Assembly (NCBI GenBank): GCA_002269645.1
Contig: NIVC01002373.1
Coordinates: 75,674-139,673, forward strand
DNA length: 64,000 bases
DNA from: Macrostomum lignano
Lineage: Eukaryota
Reading direction: 5' to 3'
The notes beneath the pieces are model-generated. The model was not told the origin of the DNA, ran no database searches, and saw only the letters and a program-made list of their open reading frames with translations. Below are positions 39,241 to 51,991 of this stretch, piece after piece. The position numbers were made by a program, and so were the translations under genes. The stretch's first letter is position 1, and each line of letters begins with the position of its first letter.

Positions 39241-40483
39241 ATGAGAGACGGAAGTCAAAGGGAAGAGTAGGAGCAGCGCGGATAGAGAAGTGGGGCTGAA
39301 AATGCGAAGCACAATCTCTTCAGAGACTTCATTGCAGAGCACTGCTGCTTCGAATCTGTTTTGAGCTTTTCTGACTCCATATCTCATACACTAGAGCATC
39401 TTTTCTTTTTTCTCTGCCCCCGATGACTGATTCCATTGATTAAACGGTATATCATATACTCTTTGACATTCATGACGTACACAGACCTACCTACACAGTA
39501 GCTAATTTTCAATTTACGTTCGTGACATGCCTTACCTGGGTGTGTAGCGGACTAGCAGTTTTTCAAAATGTGATCACAGCAGACCTTGCGAAATCAGTCT
39601 ATAAAGACACACATTATGTATGCAGTGTCCCAGTCATGTACATGTACATTGCATTATCAAGTACATGTACATGTATGCAGCTAAACACTTTATTGGATTT
39701 TCTAGCAAACGTGGGGGCCATTGCCCCTCCCCACTCCCCCGCATTACGCTCGTTACACGTACGCCTAGATGTTATACATTTATGTCTGCTGCATGGATTC
39801 ATGTACCAAGGACCACTAGCAGAAATGTACAGCTAGCTGCATGTAAGCTAGTATATGGTATGCGTGCAATATAGTACTTACACGCAAACAGGTAAGGAAA
39901 TAATTTTGGTGTAATTTATGCTAAGGAAAAATGCTTTTAATCTGACAAAAATGCATTATTAAGAATATAGCTCGTATATATGAAGTATAAACTTGAGCTA
40001 CATATTCGCTGCTTCCTTCCATATATTTTTAAGCCAATCGCGTCGATCACCTAATACGAGTAAATATCTATAAAGAATAAATCATTCTTTTTTCTGCATT
40101 AAGGGGGTCTAGTATGCGGATGCATGCAATATAACACGAGGGAATTACTTTGATATTTAATATTTAATATTTAACACTTTAATATTTTACTTCATAAAGC
40201 TACTAAACAGATAAATAATAAAACTTATTACTGTTTATTTCAAAACAGATAAAAGCTTTTTGCTATTAATCATTAACAAATAGATCGTTCTGTATAATAA
40301 ATTGTTTTAAACAACATTGCAGCCAGCACGCTCTCCAAGCGTTCTAAGAAACAGAAAATCTATCTGCAAAACCGACTAAAAAGAGCAGCTCAGCATTTTA
40401 TTATTTATTGTCTGGTGTGTACAGTTTATTTGCGATTCAAATGTACTATTTAATATCCAGGGCAAATTTTTGTTAAATTAGAA

Positions 40484-43400
40484 ATGTCATTGTTGCTTAA
40501 CATCGTCGACTTCGATCCAAAAAAGCCAAAGAAGCTAACCAAAGTCAAAGACAAAGACAAAGTAAATAGGGATCATCAAAATTCTAAAAATGGTGATGAA
40601 CAGCTTAGGAAAGCTGAAAAGAAGGCATCAAAAAGCAAAGAAAAACCAGAAAAGGTAGGTCAACCAACGTTTAATGCATATAACATTTTTATTATTGGCA
40701 TGCTAGCATCTTATTCTTAGTGCCAGCAAAAACCCAGTATCTAGGTGATTTGACACTGAATTTTCTATTGAAATATCTGATACCAAAACATATAGCATCA
40801 TAGTATGAAGGGCATACTAAAAGTTTTGAGATACACTAAAACCACAAAAGTCTAAGACAAAATTTCTGTCACAAATTTTTTAATCTGAAAAATATTAAAA
40901 AATTCATTTTAAAGCATAAATTTCAAGCTTTCTGGGTTTTTAAAGCTCATAATAAGGCATTTGAATAAATCTTTGCATGTATCAATTTTCTGCTATAAAT
41001 AGTATAGGTGAAAAAGCAAAAAATCAATCAAATTATTAACCAAAAGGCAGTTGTTATTTGTCCGGTGACTGGACGAATAGTGATGTGGTTATTTGTCCAG
41101 TTACTAGATCCTGACCATGCTTTACTATTCATCCGGTTAATACCAGACAAATAAACATTTTGTTATTTGTCCGGTTAAATTGATAATGCTAAAATATCTA
41201 GTTTATAAAAACCACAAGGGTAAATATTCCTAGACTTCAAAGACTTCTTACTCGTGTCTTGATTATTATATTGTTATACTAGTGTGTGTCTTATACACCA
41301 AATTATGCCAAATTGAATACACTGCTTTGCTTACACTCAAGTAATACAAGAAAATATTAATCAGTATACGAGAAAAGGTCTTAAAAGTCAAGAATATTCA
41401 TCACGAAACAAATAAGATATTTGTGTTAGCAATTTAACTGGACAAATAGCAAAAAGGCTATTTGTCCAGTCACCAGACAAATAACAACTGTCTAACCAAA
41501 ATGGGTCCCCCAAAAAGGTTATTAATTGTTGCAACACTGGCATAGATTTGAGAGTATGAGCGAACACTTAATTTTTTTGGTCTGCATTTGTAATTATTCA
41601 ATTATTGTTTGAGCATGCACTTAGCATGATCTAGAGTATGGCTTTCAAACTAAGTCCCAAACAGTTAGCTCTTCATCAAAGGGAAAAGAAAAAATTATAG
41701 GATGCTAGGTTGATTTTAAATATTTCACCAACTAGACTTTATTCTTGGCCAAAAATGCCAATGTTTCAGCAGCTATGTATATTGGAATTGTTAGGCCTAT
41801 AGTGTAGCAACAGGCCATTAAGACTGTTAGTTTAATATGTAGCCAGTGTCTATACTAGGCCTATGCATTGAACACAAGCAATAGGGCCTAGGAACTAGTT
41901 GATATACTAGTAAATTGACTATCTGCCTGTCTTGGAAGGCCATAGTTGCCAAGTAGCCAGCTTGGCTAAAAAAGTCACCCTTATCTGTTTCCTTATGCTG
42001 TGGGCCTACTTGACCTTTGTTAGAATCGCATTATGTGCCAAATTGTTAATTGCTACTTGGTTTCTAGATTGTATTGGTAGACCCAGGTCTCATTGTGGTG
42101 ATCTCTCAGCATTGCTTTGAGATACCAGAATTGAATATTTTGAGCATGAACTTGCACCAATGCATCCTCTCCATTTTTTGGTCCTCTGTCAAGTTGTGGG
42201 GCACCTAGTGAATACCACTTGGAGGCTCCTAGCTTGTTGTGCAAGATGTTTGTAACTACTGCCAATCCAATGCCAAGAGCTTCTCTGGTTGATTTTGGCA
42301 CAAGTCATTTGTTGGTCTTTGTCAATCATTCTCTAGACAGCAATGATGTTTTTGTCTATGACTATAGAAGCTCGATATCCCATCCAAGGTTTGTCATCAA
42401 GGCTGCTTTGGCCCTACTTATATTTGCTAGACTACCAAAAAACTGCTGGCATAGTCTCCAAAGACAGCATATAAACTTTCAATGCATTACTTTTGTGTGA
42501 GACCTTTTTGCTAGTCATGGCATACCCTATAGGAAAAAGTTTTAAAACCGCGGACGGTGTCCGGCGCACTTTTGAAAATTTTCTAAAGCGCAGCGCGCGC
42601 ACAGGCGCATCACCTGCACGCGCGCTGCCCTTTCTTACTGGCTGCTGCTCTAGCAAATACATATACATGGAAATGGGTATAATACCCCTGTTGAAGGGGC
42701 TTATACACTCGTAATTTATTAAGCTTAGAGATGTTCCGAGAATTCAATTTCAATTTTCCAAAATTTGAAATTTTTTAGAGCGAATTTCAATTTAGAAAAA
42801 AATTTAGAAGTGAAAATTTTGGTAGTGTCTAAAGAGTCGCTAAAAATAAACTACTTTCTACTACATATACATGTATTACTTTTTGCTTAAGCAGTAAATT
42901 GAAAGTAAAAAAGTGAGTGTTGATCATACTAAACTTTGTTTTTCTGAATTATGATTTCGGGAAATTTCAATTTTGATTTTGGAAAGTTAGCAAATTTTGA
43001 TTTCGACAAAACTGCAGATCTTTCGGAACATCTCTAATAATCCTAAAGCGCAGTAAAATAGTTTGACTCTTTCTAAAGTGCGCGTCCGCGGGTTTTTAAC
43101 ATTTATTCCAATAGGGATGGCATAGAAGTTATTATTTGTTAACTCCATTGGAGCAAGTACAGTTTGATAGAAGGTATTGACTTTAAAGAGTAATTGTGAA
43201 AAATTGACAAGAGTGCAAAGGCTGAAAATTTATACCTAATCATATTAAGGGTGGTAGAGTATGTATTTAAAAATTTGTATAGATTTGACTTATGAGTCAG
43301 CCATATCTCAAAATTTTTAGTATACTCCTTGTATCTATAATCAAAATAGTGGCTTTTGCCATGGATAATTCTAGTGTATATAAACTATTACTAATTTATT

Positions 43401-45989
43401 TAGTGCATAATCATAGCATATAATGTGGTTTCTAGTGCACATAGTGCTTAACCTTTTTTGACAAGTTTATTGTAAAATATATGGGCTAATTGTTTGTTTA
43501 TCTTATTTGCATTTATTAGGTATTTAATTTCTTTGTATATTCTCAAAATTGGACAACTATTTAGAATCAAATTGAATTAACCAAATATTCAGCTTGAATT
43601 AGAACTGAGAAGTTGGCAATCTGAAGATTTAAAAGTTGCTTTAATATAGGCAAAGATTTGGAGCAAATCAAGAGTTAAGTATTTGTATTATGGCTTACAA
43701 GTATAAATAAAGGGAAGGAATTGGGGATATATTAATTAGGAGATTAAGGGCTGAGAAGTTTGTATTTGAAGAATTGAGAGTTTTAAGGATTGTGGAATTG
43801 TGGCTCATAAATGAAAAATGGAATTTAGGATAGGATAACATGTGGAATGTCTTGAAGAAAGGCAGGGGTGCTTAAGCAGTTTTGAGCACATTGTGCTTAG
43901 ATTAAGTAGTGAGGCTTTTGGAGGCTTTAAGGCTTTAAGAGCCCTTGAGGCTTTAGGAGAAGTGGAGCATTAGGAATCAAGTTTATAGAACTTGGATTTA
44001 GGGGTATTAATTCCCACAAATTTGGAGGGATTTAGTTGGAATTTTTTCTGGGTGAATTTCATTGGACAAGAAGTAAAGATGCAAGCCTTTTGGTTGAGGG
44101 CTGCTAAAGGTAATGTGGCTGAATATTAAATGCCATGTGTTTCTAGCAGTGAGTATACATGTAGCTAGACACCCTATTGGAATAAAAGTTGAAAACCTGC
44201 AGATGCGCGCTTTAGAGTAGAGTCAAATTATTTTACCTTGCTTTAGCATTATTAGAGATGTTCCATTGCAATTGACGAAATTGTCCATTTCAATCTGTCG
44301 AAATCAAAATTCGATAACTTTCCGAAATTGAAATTGAACTTGAAATTTTCCAAAATCAAAATTCAGAAAAACAAAGTTTAATATGACTAACACTTACTTT
44401 TTTACGTTTTGATTTACTGCTTATGCAAAACAAAATACATGTATATGTAGCAGAAATTACTCGCTGTCTATTTTTAGCCACTTGACACTTTCGAAATTTT
44501 GACTTCCAATTTTTTTTAAAATTAAAATTTGCTCTTAAAAATTTCGAATTTTGGAAAATTGAAATTGAAATTTTGGAACATCGCTAAGTATTATAAATGA
44601 CAAGTGTATAGGCTCCTTCTACAGAGGTATTAGGACCCCTTCCATGTATATTATTTGCTTGAGCAGCAGCCAGCAAGGAAGGGCACCGTGCGCGCGCACT
44701 GCGCTTTAGAAAAATTTCAAATGTGTGCCGGACGCTGTCTGCAGTTTTACAACTTTTTCCTATAGGGGCTAGACATTCCACACATGTTTAATCATTGTAA
44801 TTCATGGTTTTACCAAAGTGCTCACCTGTGTGGCAGTTTTTTTGAGAAAATGGCAGCAAAAAAGCAACTTGCAACAAATGTTGGAACTTTTTGTCTTTAT
44901 GAATAAAGATTTTTATCATTGTTCCTTTAAGTATATTCTACTTATAAATGGAAAAATGAAAGTCAGTCCATATTTATAATTGCTTTGATAGCCATTTATA
45001 TAGAATGAATTCATTTAACTATCAATTAGCACTACTGGCAAGTGATTAATGAGTAGTGAGGTGGGCATATTATTGACAGAAATATTTGTATTTGGTATTT
45101 TTCAGTATTCAAATTGGTTCTGTCAGATATTTGAATCTGACATGGAATCAGTTCAAAAATTTTATATGACATGGGATACTTAAAACAAAGAAACAAAATA
45201 AGGATATAGCTATTGTTTGATTGCCTTTCAATAGCTTTCTTTGCTTCATAGAAAAAATCCAATTATTAATTTCTTTTATTAAAGATACTAAAGTACAATG
45301 TGTGTTCCTATCTCTGTCATATATTTTGGAAGTCTGACAAACAGACAATTTGCTATCCATCTGTTTCTACTAACTGCAAAAAACTATGAAGCTTTGCTTG
45401 TCTCGACATTAAGGAATGAAAAATGTGTTGAAAAAGTTGAAAATCAATACTTTACCTTAAAGCCTGTACTTTTTGCCAGAAGTAAACGCTGTAGTGGCTT
45501 TGTTAAAATTCAAATCTGTTTGTAAATGTCAATCCACTGGAGATAAGTGCATTTACTATACTTGTAAAATCATCTTTATGACATGTAGTTGATCCTACCT
45601 TTTCTAATACAAGTATAACTCATTTGTTAAATGGAGTTACAATTTTATTTTTATTGTTTTTGTATGTGGAGAATTCTTTTACTCAAAAGTACTTAGCAGT
45701 GAGGGGACTGAAGCCTTTGCCTGCACTTTCAACTCCTTAGGCTGCTCAGAACAATGCAAAGCGCAAGCTGTCTGCAGCCTCAGCGGCCACCGAATCCCCC
45801 GCGCCAAAGAAGTTCAGGCCAGAGGCTCCTAAAGGAACCGCAATTAGGAAGAAACTGTCCAAAACTGATGAGGCGGCGGCGGGCCCAGCTTCCGTAGCCG
45901 CTCGCGCCGGAAATTTGGAATTCGAATCGGCGCCAGCGGAGCAGCGGGAGAAGCGGCAGCAGCTGCAGACTCAGCAGCGACATCAGTAG
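40484..45989 (+). CDS. Putative host Lys-rich gene: exons 40484-40654 and 45741-~45984/45989 around a transposon-filled intron
   Basis: A phase-0 AAG|GTAGGT donor and a phase-0 CCTTAG| acceptor give ..KSKEKPEK|AAQNNAKRKLS..APKKFRP.. open up to the Polinton boundary. No recognisable domain. Confidence 0.4.
41046..41492. mobile_element. Non-autonomous DNA transposon, Mutator-like (9-bp TSD)
   Basis: ~35-bp TIRs GGCAGTTGTTATTTGTC.../...GACAAATAACAACTGTC; TSD TAACCAAAA at 41037-41045 and 41493-41501. Confidence 0.8.
41540..43148 (-). pseudogene. Degenerate mariner transposase, interrupted by a MITE
   Basis: Fragments in mariner order: MELTNNNFYAM, EALGIGLAVVTNILHNKLG, NETWVYQYNLETK (cf. DETWVYQYDPETK), LASYNFFLFPLMK (cf. 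LAPxDFFLFPxLK). Many stops and frameshifts. Confidence 0.75.
42525..43116. mobile_element. ~590-bp composite MITE (copy 1) with nested hAT-like MITE at 42726-43036
   Basis: TIRs CCCTATWGGAA..; 8-bp TSD ATGGCATA (42517-42524 and 43117-43124); inner TIR TAGAGATGTTCCGA. Confidence 0.85.
44172..44767. mobile_element. Same composite MITE family (copy 2, opposite orientation), nested hAT-like MITE at 44253-44586
   Basis: Reverse-complement homolog of copy 1 with its own 8-bp TSD GCTAGACA (44164-44171 and 44768-44775); inner TSD AGCATTAT/AGTATTAT. Confidence 0.85.
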
Positions 45990-46551
45990 TATACGTTTTT
46001 TTGACACAAAGCCGATTTCCTTATGGCGAAATACATAGTAAGTACAGGCCCAAAAAAATGGCAGAGTCCGAAATTTCATGTGCACGCAGTCTGAAATTCC
46101 GTGTGCACGCAGTCTGAAATTCCAAGTGCACGCTAAATATCTTTTACGCAACGTGATTATTCAGACGAATTGCATATCCACCTGTCCAAAATACAAGTAA
46201 CCAATTCTAACAATGGTGACACAAACACACTTCAAAGGATTCCATTCAAGACAAATTTACTCCAAAGCTATTCACACATTTCAAGTGTTATTGAAATATT
46301 GAAAACTTGCGAATATTATCACCCTTTTGAAGAAAGATAGTAAGTGATCTATTCTTGAGTGCCTATAGAATTTTTGCACCAACTTGAGCAGATGGTTTAC
46401 AGATACTATGTCAACAACCACGTCAACATGCTTCTTCTTTACTATATATATATATATATATATACGAACACACTGACACAGAAAATATTCAATAACTCAA
46501 ACCAAGTATACATTATACTACTTGTTCAACTATACGTACATCTTAAGAGAA

Positions 46552-47487
46552 ATGAAGCGATCACGTCAGCAGGAATTGGCCGAGCGCTATGTTAAACAAG
46601 GTAAGATAATCACCTACTCTAGTTCAGTTTTCTTTTTAGATTGACAGTTTGCTAGTTTAGTTTCTAGATTGATTGTTAGTTCGTTTTCTGTTTAGACCTA
46701 TCCTCTTTTAGCTCAGTTTACATTGATTCTCTGCTAGTTCAGTCTCTAGATTGATTCTCTGCTAGTTCAGTCTCTAGATTGATTCTCTGCTAGTTCAGTC
46801 TCTAGATTGATTCTCTGCTAGTTCAGTCTCTAGATTGATTCTCTGCTAGTTCAGTCTCTAGATTGATTGTCTGCTAGTTCAGTTTCTGTTTAGACTGATT
46901 CTCTGCTAGTTCAGTTTCTATATACATTATTTACATGCACCTATACCAAATTTTCCCTCATCTTATCCATTATTACAGCATTCAAGAATGGTGTCTTCAC
47001 GCGGCCACCTCCAGATCAGTGCAAACGCATTTGCCATGCCACCACCACATCCAATTCTGCTGCAAGAGCATCATACTACTCTACATCTCTCGCCAAAGTA
47101 ACCTCGATTCATGTCGAGAGACAGACAACTGAGCTAGATCGCATTTACACAAGAACTGATGTTATTCAGTCAATTAGGCAGCAATCGAACCCACGACCAA
47201 CTGACCAACTGCAGTATGCACCACCACCATCACCAACCAGCTACAATGACCCAACAGAGCAAGCTTGCAGTGGACCTACAAGTACCAAACCAACGATAGC
47301 AAATGAAACACCGTCATCATCAATTGCTATTTCTACCCAAGTTCAACAGCTGCTAAACTCACCAATTATTGTACAGAAGGACATCAAGTCTGTAAAAGTC
47401 TCTCAAACAAGCACAGGCTTCTACCAAGTAGAATTAACAAAAACCTGTAATACAACTCAAGTATTTGAGTATTGGGACCTATCTTAA
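46552..47487 (+). CDS. Spliced ORFan (~185 aa; exons 46552-46600 and 46979-47487), Ser/Thr/Pro-rich
   Basis: ATG, phase-1 G|GTAAGA donor and TTACAG| acceptor give a stop-free 168-codon second exon; the intron contains a 28-bp tandem repeat. Confidence 0.55.
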
Positions 47488-48015
47488 AAAGACATTTTTT
47501 CTAAATCTTCATCAAATTTTGCCAGCAATATGTCCAAGTAATTGCTCTTTTAGTATATATCAAACAAGTATGTAATCAATAATATAATCTCTATAAATTC
47601 ATTATTCTAAAAAATTCTCTCAATTTTATTCATCATTCATTGAAATTATTTAATTCAATATAAAGTCAATATCCTGTACAGTTATCATTAAACAAAAATA
47701 TTAATCCATGCAAATAAACTTTTTCAATATTCTTAAACTTGTATTAAATGCTTCTTTAATTTTTTTCTTACAAACTAAAAATGTAATAATGGTACATATT
47801 TAACAACAAAAAATTATATACAGTATTTAACTACAGTTACACTAATCAATAAAAATGATACAGTAATACAAAAATACTAAAACACAACACAAATGCAAGT
47901 AAATATATAATCATAAAATGCTAGTTTACTTTTGCAAGAAAAATATTAATACAACAACACTCCACTCAGGAAAACATACAAAAATATTAAAGCAAATAAT
48001 TGTAATAAAAGAAAA

Positions 48016-48052
<37 letters not shown>

Positions 48053-48460
48053 AAATATTTACAAAATTGTAATCAAATCCACATAAGACAAGAATTAGTA
48101 AATAAAAAACTAAATATTTTCAAATATTAAATGTACTAATTAAGTTTTTGTTTAAAAAATATACTATTTGCTTTATTATACACTATATATTTTTCTCCAT
48201 CTATTGGGTTTAATATTTCTAGTGATCAAAGCTTTTTAAACAATCATTTTCTAGGTTTTATAAAAAATATATAAAAAAGTTATATGTCTAAATGCTTCTT
48301 ATAATTTTTATATAATGAATGAAAACTATGAAAACTATTTTTTATTACAGTTAATCAACAGAAAATAAAGGAGATAGGCAACTTTTGAAAAAGTAAATAA
48401 AAAGTAAAAGTAATTTCAGTTCGAAAAAGAAAGCGTCAAAAATAAACACAATCAAAGTAA

Positions 48461-49014
48461 TCAATTAGCAACTAGAGTTGCGTCCGAATCTATGGTTGAT
48501 TCCTCTAGCCTACTCAAGCCATGCTGAGTGCTTGCAACTTCTGCTTGATTTAATCCATATGGCGTCGATGTAACTATTTTAGCTATTCGACGAGGAGACT
48601 GCCAGTTGTCATTGTCAATTGTGCCCGAGGAAGAACCACAATTGGTAATAGGTGCTTTATTAGGAGTTACAGCTGACACACTTGTCAATGCCGTCTCTTC
48701 CATCATTTTAGTACCACCAGTAGCAGGTGAACTAAAAGTAATTGAAAGACAGTTAACTTTTAATTAATAATATTCTTTTTACAGTGTATCAAAGCCAAGA
48801 CCAGAAAAATAGCTTACATGCTCTTCTTCCAATATCGCAATCGAAATGCGACAACAACAACGCACATGACAGCAATGACAGCTACAATAATAACCTGAAC
48901 CAGACCAATTCTTTCGGTTTGGCTCACTAATTTGTCGATATTGCTCACTAGCTTACTAATAGATTCCGCATTTCCCTGAACTAAAATTACAACTTTATTA
49001 GTTTGGGGTACCAT
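48461..49014 (-). CDS. Spliced single-pass membrane protein (exons 49014-48818 and 48731-48461; a further 5' exon is possible)
   Basis: TM segment IGLVQVIIVAVIAVMCVVVVAF followed by basic RLRYWKK. An 86-bp GTAAGC..TTTTAG intron joins the two ORF-track ORFs in frame. Confidence 0.6.
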
Positions 49015-49334
49015 TTTCTTCTAAACTAAATAAAAATATGCAAGACAAACAAAAGAAATTCTCTAAAATAAAAGGCACACCTATAACAATAATCCAGCTC
49101 TAGACTCTAAACTATGAATCAACGTAAAGAAAATCTCCGTTTCAAAAATAAATTTTTTATTATATAAATATAACAAAAAATCGTAAACTAATACTTTGTA
49201 ACTAATTAGAAATATTAAGTTTGCCAACTGTTAAACTTAAATACTTGAGCAAAATATAGGTATGGATGTAGGTACGATTAGCTACATTAATTTGTAAAAA
49301 TTATCTTTCTTAAGCATGCGGAAAATACGTTTCT

Positions 49335-50065
49335 TTAGCCATGGTCTGGCTTTTGCCTCATGATTTAGCCGTATGCTCCGACTTTTGCCTCAACAGTATG
49401 ATTTAGTCGTATGGTCCGACTTTTATCCCAACAGTATGATTTAGCTGTGGTCCAGCTTTTACCTCAACAGTTTTTTAGCCGTGGTCCGGCTTTTTTTGCA
49501 ACAGTATTATTTAGCTGTGGTCTAGCTTAAAACTGAATCAACAGTGATTTAGTTATAGTCCAGGCTTAACTACCTCAACGATGATTTAGCTATAGTCCAG
49601 GCTTAACTGTCTCAACAGTAATTTTAGCTGTAGTCCAGACTTAACTGCCTCAACAGTGATTTTAGCTGTGGTCCAGGCAACTGTCTCAACAGGGATTTAG
49701 CTGTAGTCCGATTAGCTTAACTGTCCAGTTATTTAGCTGTGAGCCAAGCAGCAGCACCCGTCTCAACAGTGAGAATTAGCTATGGTCAGCTTTACCTCAA
49801 CTGTGATTTGGCTGCTGTGGTCTAGCATAACTGACTCAACAGTAATTTTAGCTGTAGTCGTCCAGCTTAACCACCCGTCCAGTTTTATAACCATGGTCCA
49901 GCTTAACCACCGTCTCAACGAACAGCGATTTAGTCGTGGTCCAGCTTAACCGTCTCAACGTACAGTGATTTAGCCATGGGTCTAGTAGCAATTAACCGTA
50001 TCAATAGTGATTTAGCCGTGGTCCAGCTTAACTGTCTCAACACAGTAATTTAGCTTAGTCCAAAC
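49335..50065. repeat. Degenerate ~37-bp tandem array between divergent viral genes
   Basis: Roughly 19 imperfect copies of ATTTAGCTGTGGTCCAGCTTAACTGTCTCAACAGTG. Confidence 0.9.
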
Positions 50066-50678
50066 AGCATTTGTGTGTCAACTGCACTGACTGCATGCGG
50101 TTATAGCAGCGGCAGTCATTATAGTCCCAACAAGCTGCGCGTCGCAGCATGATAGTGTAACTCTATATAGCTTCTGCTCAATATAGGACTGCAAAAGCTG
50201 AGTTGCAACTATACCTTTTTCTGTTTGAAAAGTAACACTCTATATATAGGTTACTCAAGCAATCTCTTGTCATCGTGCGAGCTAAAAAATTCCAACATGC
50301 AAGCAAAACTTTCAATAAATTAATTTCATAGCACCGCGTGCAGCTTATTTTTACTCTAAAATCCAAGATTGCTAATTTTTCAAGTCGCAAAATATTTTAA
50401 TTACATTCTACTTGAGAACAAAACCAATCTAATGAAGCAACAACCAGCAGTCTTCTTATTAAACGCTTGCCATCGTGTTACTCTTGCAAATTTATAACTA
50501 GTGTGCCTAAGATTCATTAATTTTATTGTATAAAATATCAACCTGCATTTGCGTAAAATTAGACCTAATTGTGCAACCCACAATAGAAACTTATGCCACC
50601 TTTGGCACGCAACATGCCTTAATCAGCACGCAACAATTAAATTTGTTTACTAGTTCACAAACAGCATGCAATGCTTGC

Positions 50679-50686
50679 TATAAATA
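50679..50686 (+). promoter_or_regulatory. Canonical TATA box (TATAAATA) upstream of the SSB-like gene
   Basis: Located 86 bp before the ATG at 50765. Confidence 0.4.
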
Positions 50687-50764
50687 CAAGACCCGAAATG
50701 GTCAATTTTTCATGAGCTCAATCATTACAGCAAAAGAAATACTATATTCAATTGCTTGTAAGAC

Positions 50765-51991
50765 ATGGCAGCTTGCATCAAGACGGAGTCAATTGTACGC
50801 TCCGACTCGAGTCCGATTTTCTACGTTGGAGAGCAGTCTACAACCACGACTGGTTCGTCCTGCCAGTTTCGATCTATTGCGTGGAAACCATCAATCGAGT
50901 GTACAAAATGGTACCCAATTATATTGCAAACCAAGGCTCCAATGGAGCTTTTTCGTGGAATCGCAGAAAGGCCAGAGCTCGATCATCCGTCTTGCAGACA
51001 CGACTCTCGCGACGCAGTAAGTGTCCAATTTCATCCAGACAGCTGCGATAAGGAACTCTTCCACTCTCTCCGGTGAGCACCATATTTAATTTATACAATT
51101 AATTTTAAAAACTTTTAAAAATTTAAAAAACAAATATTCATAATTTATATAATGTTTTGCAGTCAAGTCGAAAAAGGTCTATCGGGCAAGTTGAACGAGA
51201 TTCAAGATGCTCGACCCTTGGCACGACTAACAAAACCAGCTCATCAGCATGCTAACGACGTCCTCGAGTTTGTGCCTCAACAATGGCTGGCTATAAAGCC
51301 TGCTTACCCTTGTGCCACAATCAGGATCAGCAACGATCATCCACACGGGAAGGAGGTGTCCATTTCCGATTTCAAAGGTGTCAGCGGTACCTACCAAATG
51401 ACAGTGCAAGCAACGAGCTTGTATTGTCCAAAAGGCAGCCTCGTCTGGCGCATTACATTCGCTGTGCGCTCTCTAACGCTCATAGAATCTTCCGACAACA
51501 TGTTGCAGCGCCTTGACATGTTCAAGGGAGTGCTTGCACACCTACCTGCGACCAAGCCAGCAATTAGAAGCAGGAGTCCGTCCCCAACGTCTACCCATGA
51601 CCAAGAAGAAGCAGATGAACAAAGCCGGCAGAATTCAAGCCAGGTGACGCCTGCCAAGTCACCTGCAAAGCGTCGGTCTACCACCACCGTATCGAAGAAG
51701 TCGACTCCATCGAATGCAGCGCCAGCATCTATTGAACCGGTGGCTAAAAAGCAAGTTCGCAAACGCAGCGGTGCAAAACAGCAAAACAATTCTGCCGAAG
51801 CTGGTGCAGATGGCACAGACTGGGTGAAGGCACCACCAGCAAAGATCTTGGTGAGTACACCTGCCTCTGGAACCCGGGTAGCGTCCAAGGAGACAGCATT
51901 TTTAAAGCATGCTGCTGCTGCTGCTGCGGACGCTACTACAGCTAGCGTGTATTCATCGGACGATTCGTACAGCAGCTCTGATGATGAGTAA
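50765..51991 (+). CDS. Spliced gene (50765-51072 and 51163-51991, ~378 aa), putative OB-fold ssDNA-binding protein with acidic tail
   Basis: A 90-bp AT-rich CG|GTGAGC..TTGCAG| intron joins two ORFs in frame. IILQTKAPMELFRGI..AVSVQF..VQATSLY...WRITF resembles T7 gp2.5/NCLDV-type SSBs, and the protein ends SSDDSYSSSDDE. The function is inferred. Confidence 0.55.

Noticed and set aside
43600-44130. Purine-skewed stretch that may be a decayed retroelement
   Set aside because: No recognisable motif could be recovered in any frame.
42525-44767. Inverted ~600-bp pair as the TIRs of one large element or of the Polinton
   Set aside because: Each copy has its own TIRs and a distinct 8-bp TSD, so they are independent MITE insertions.
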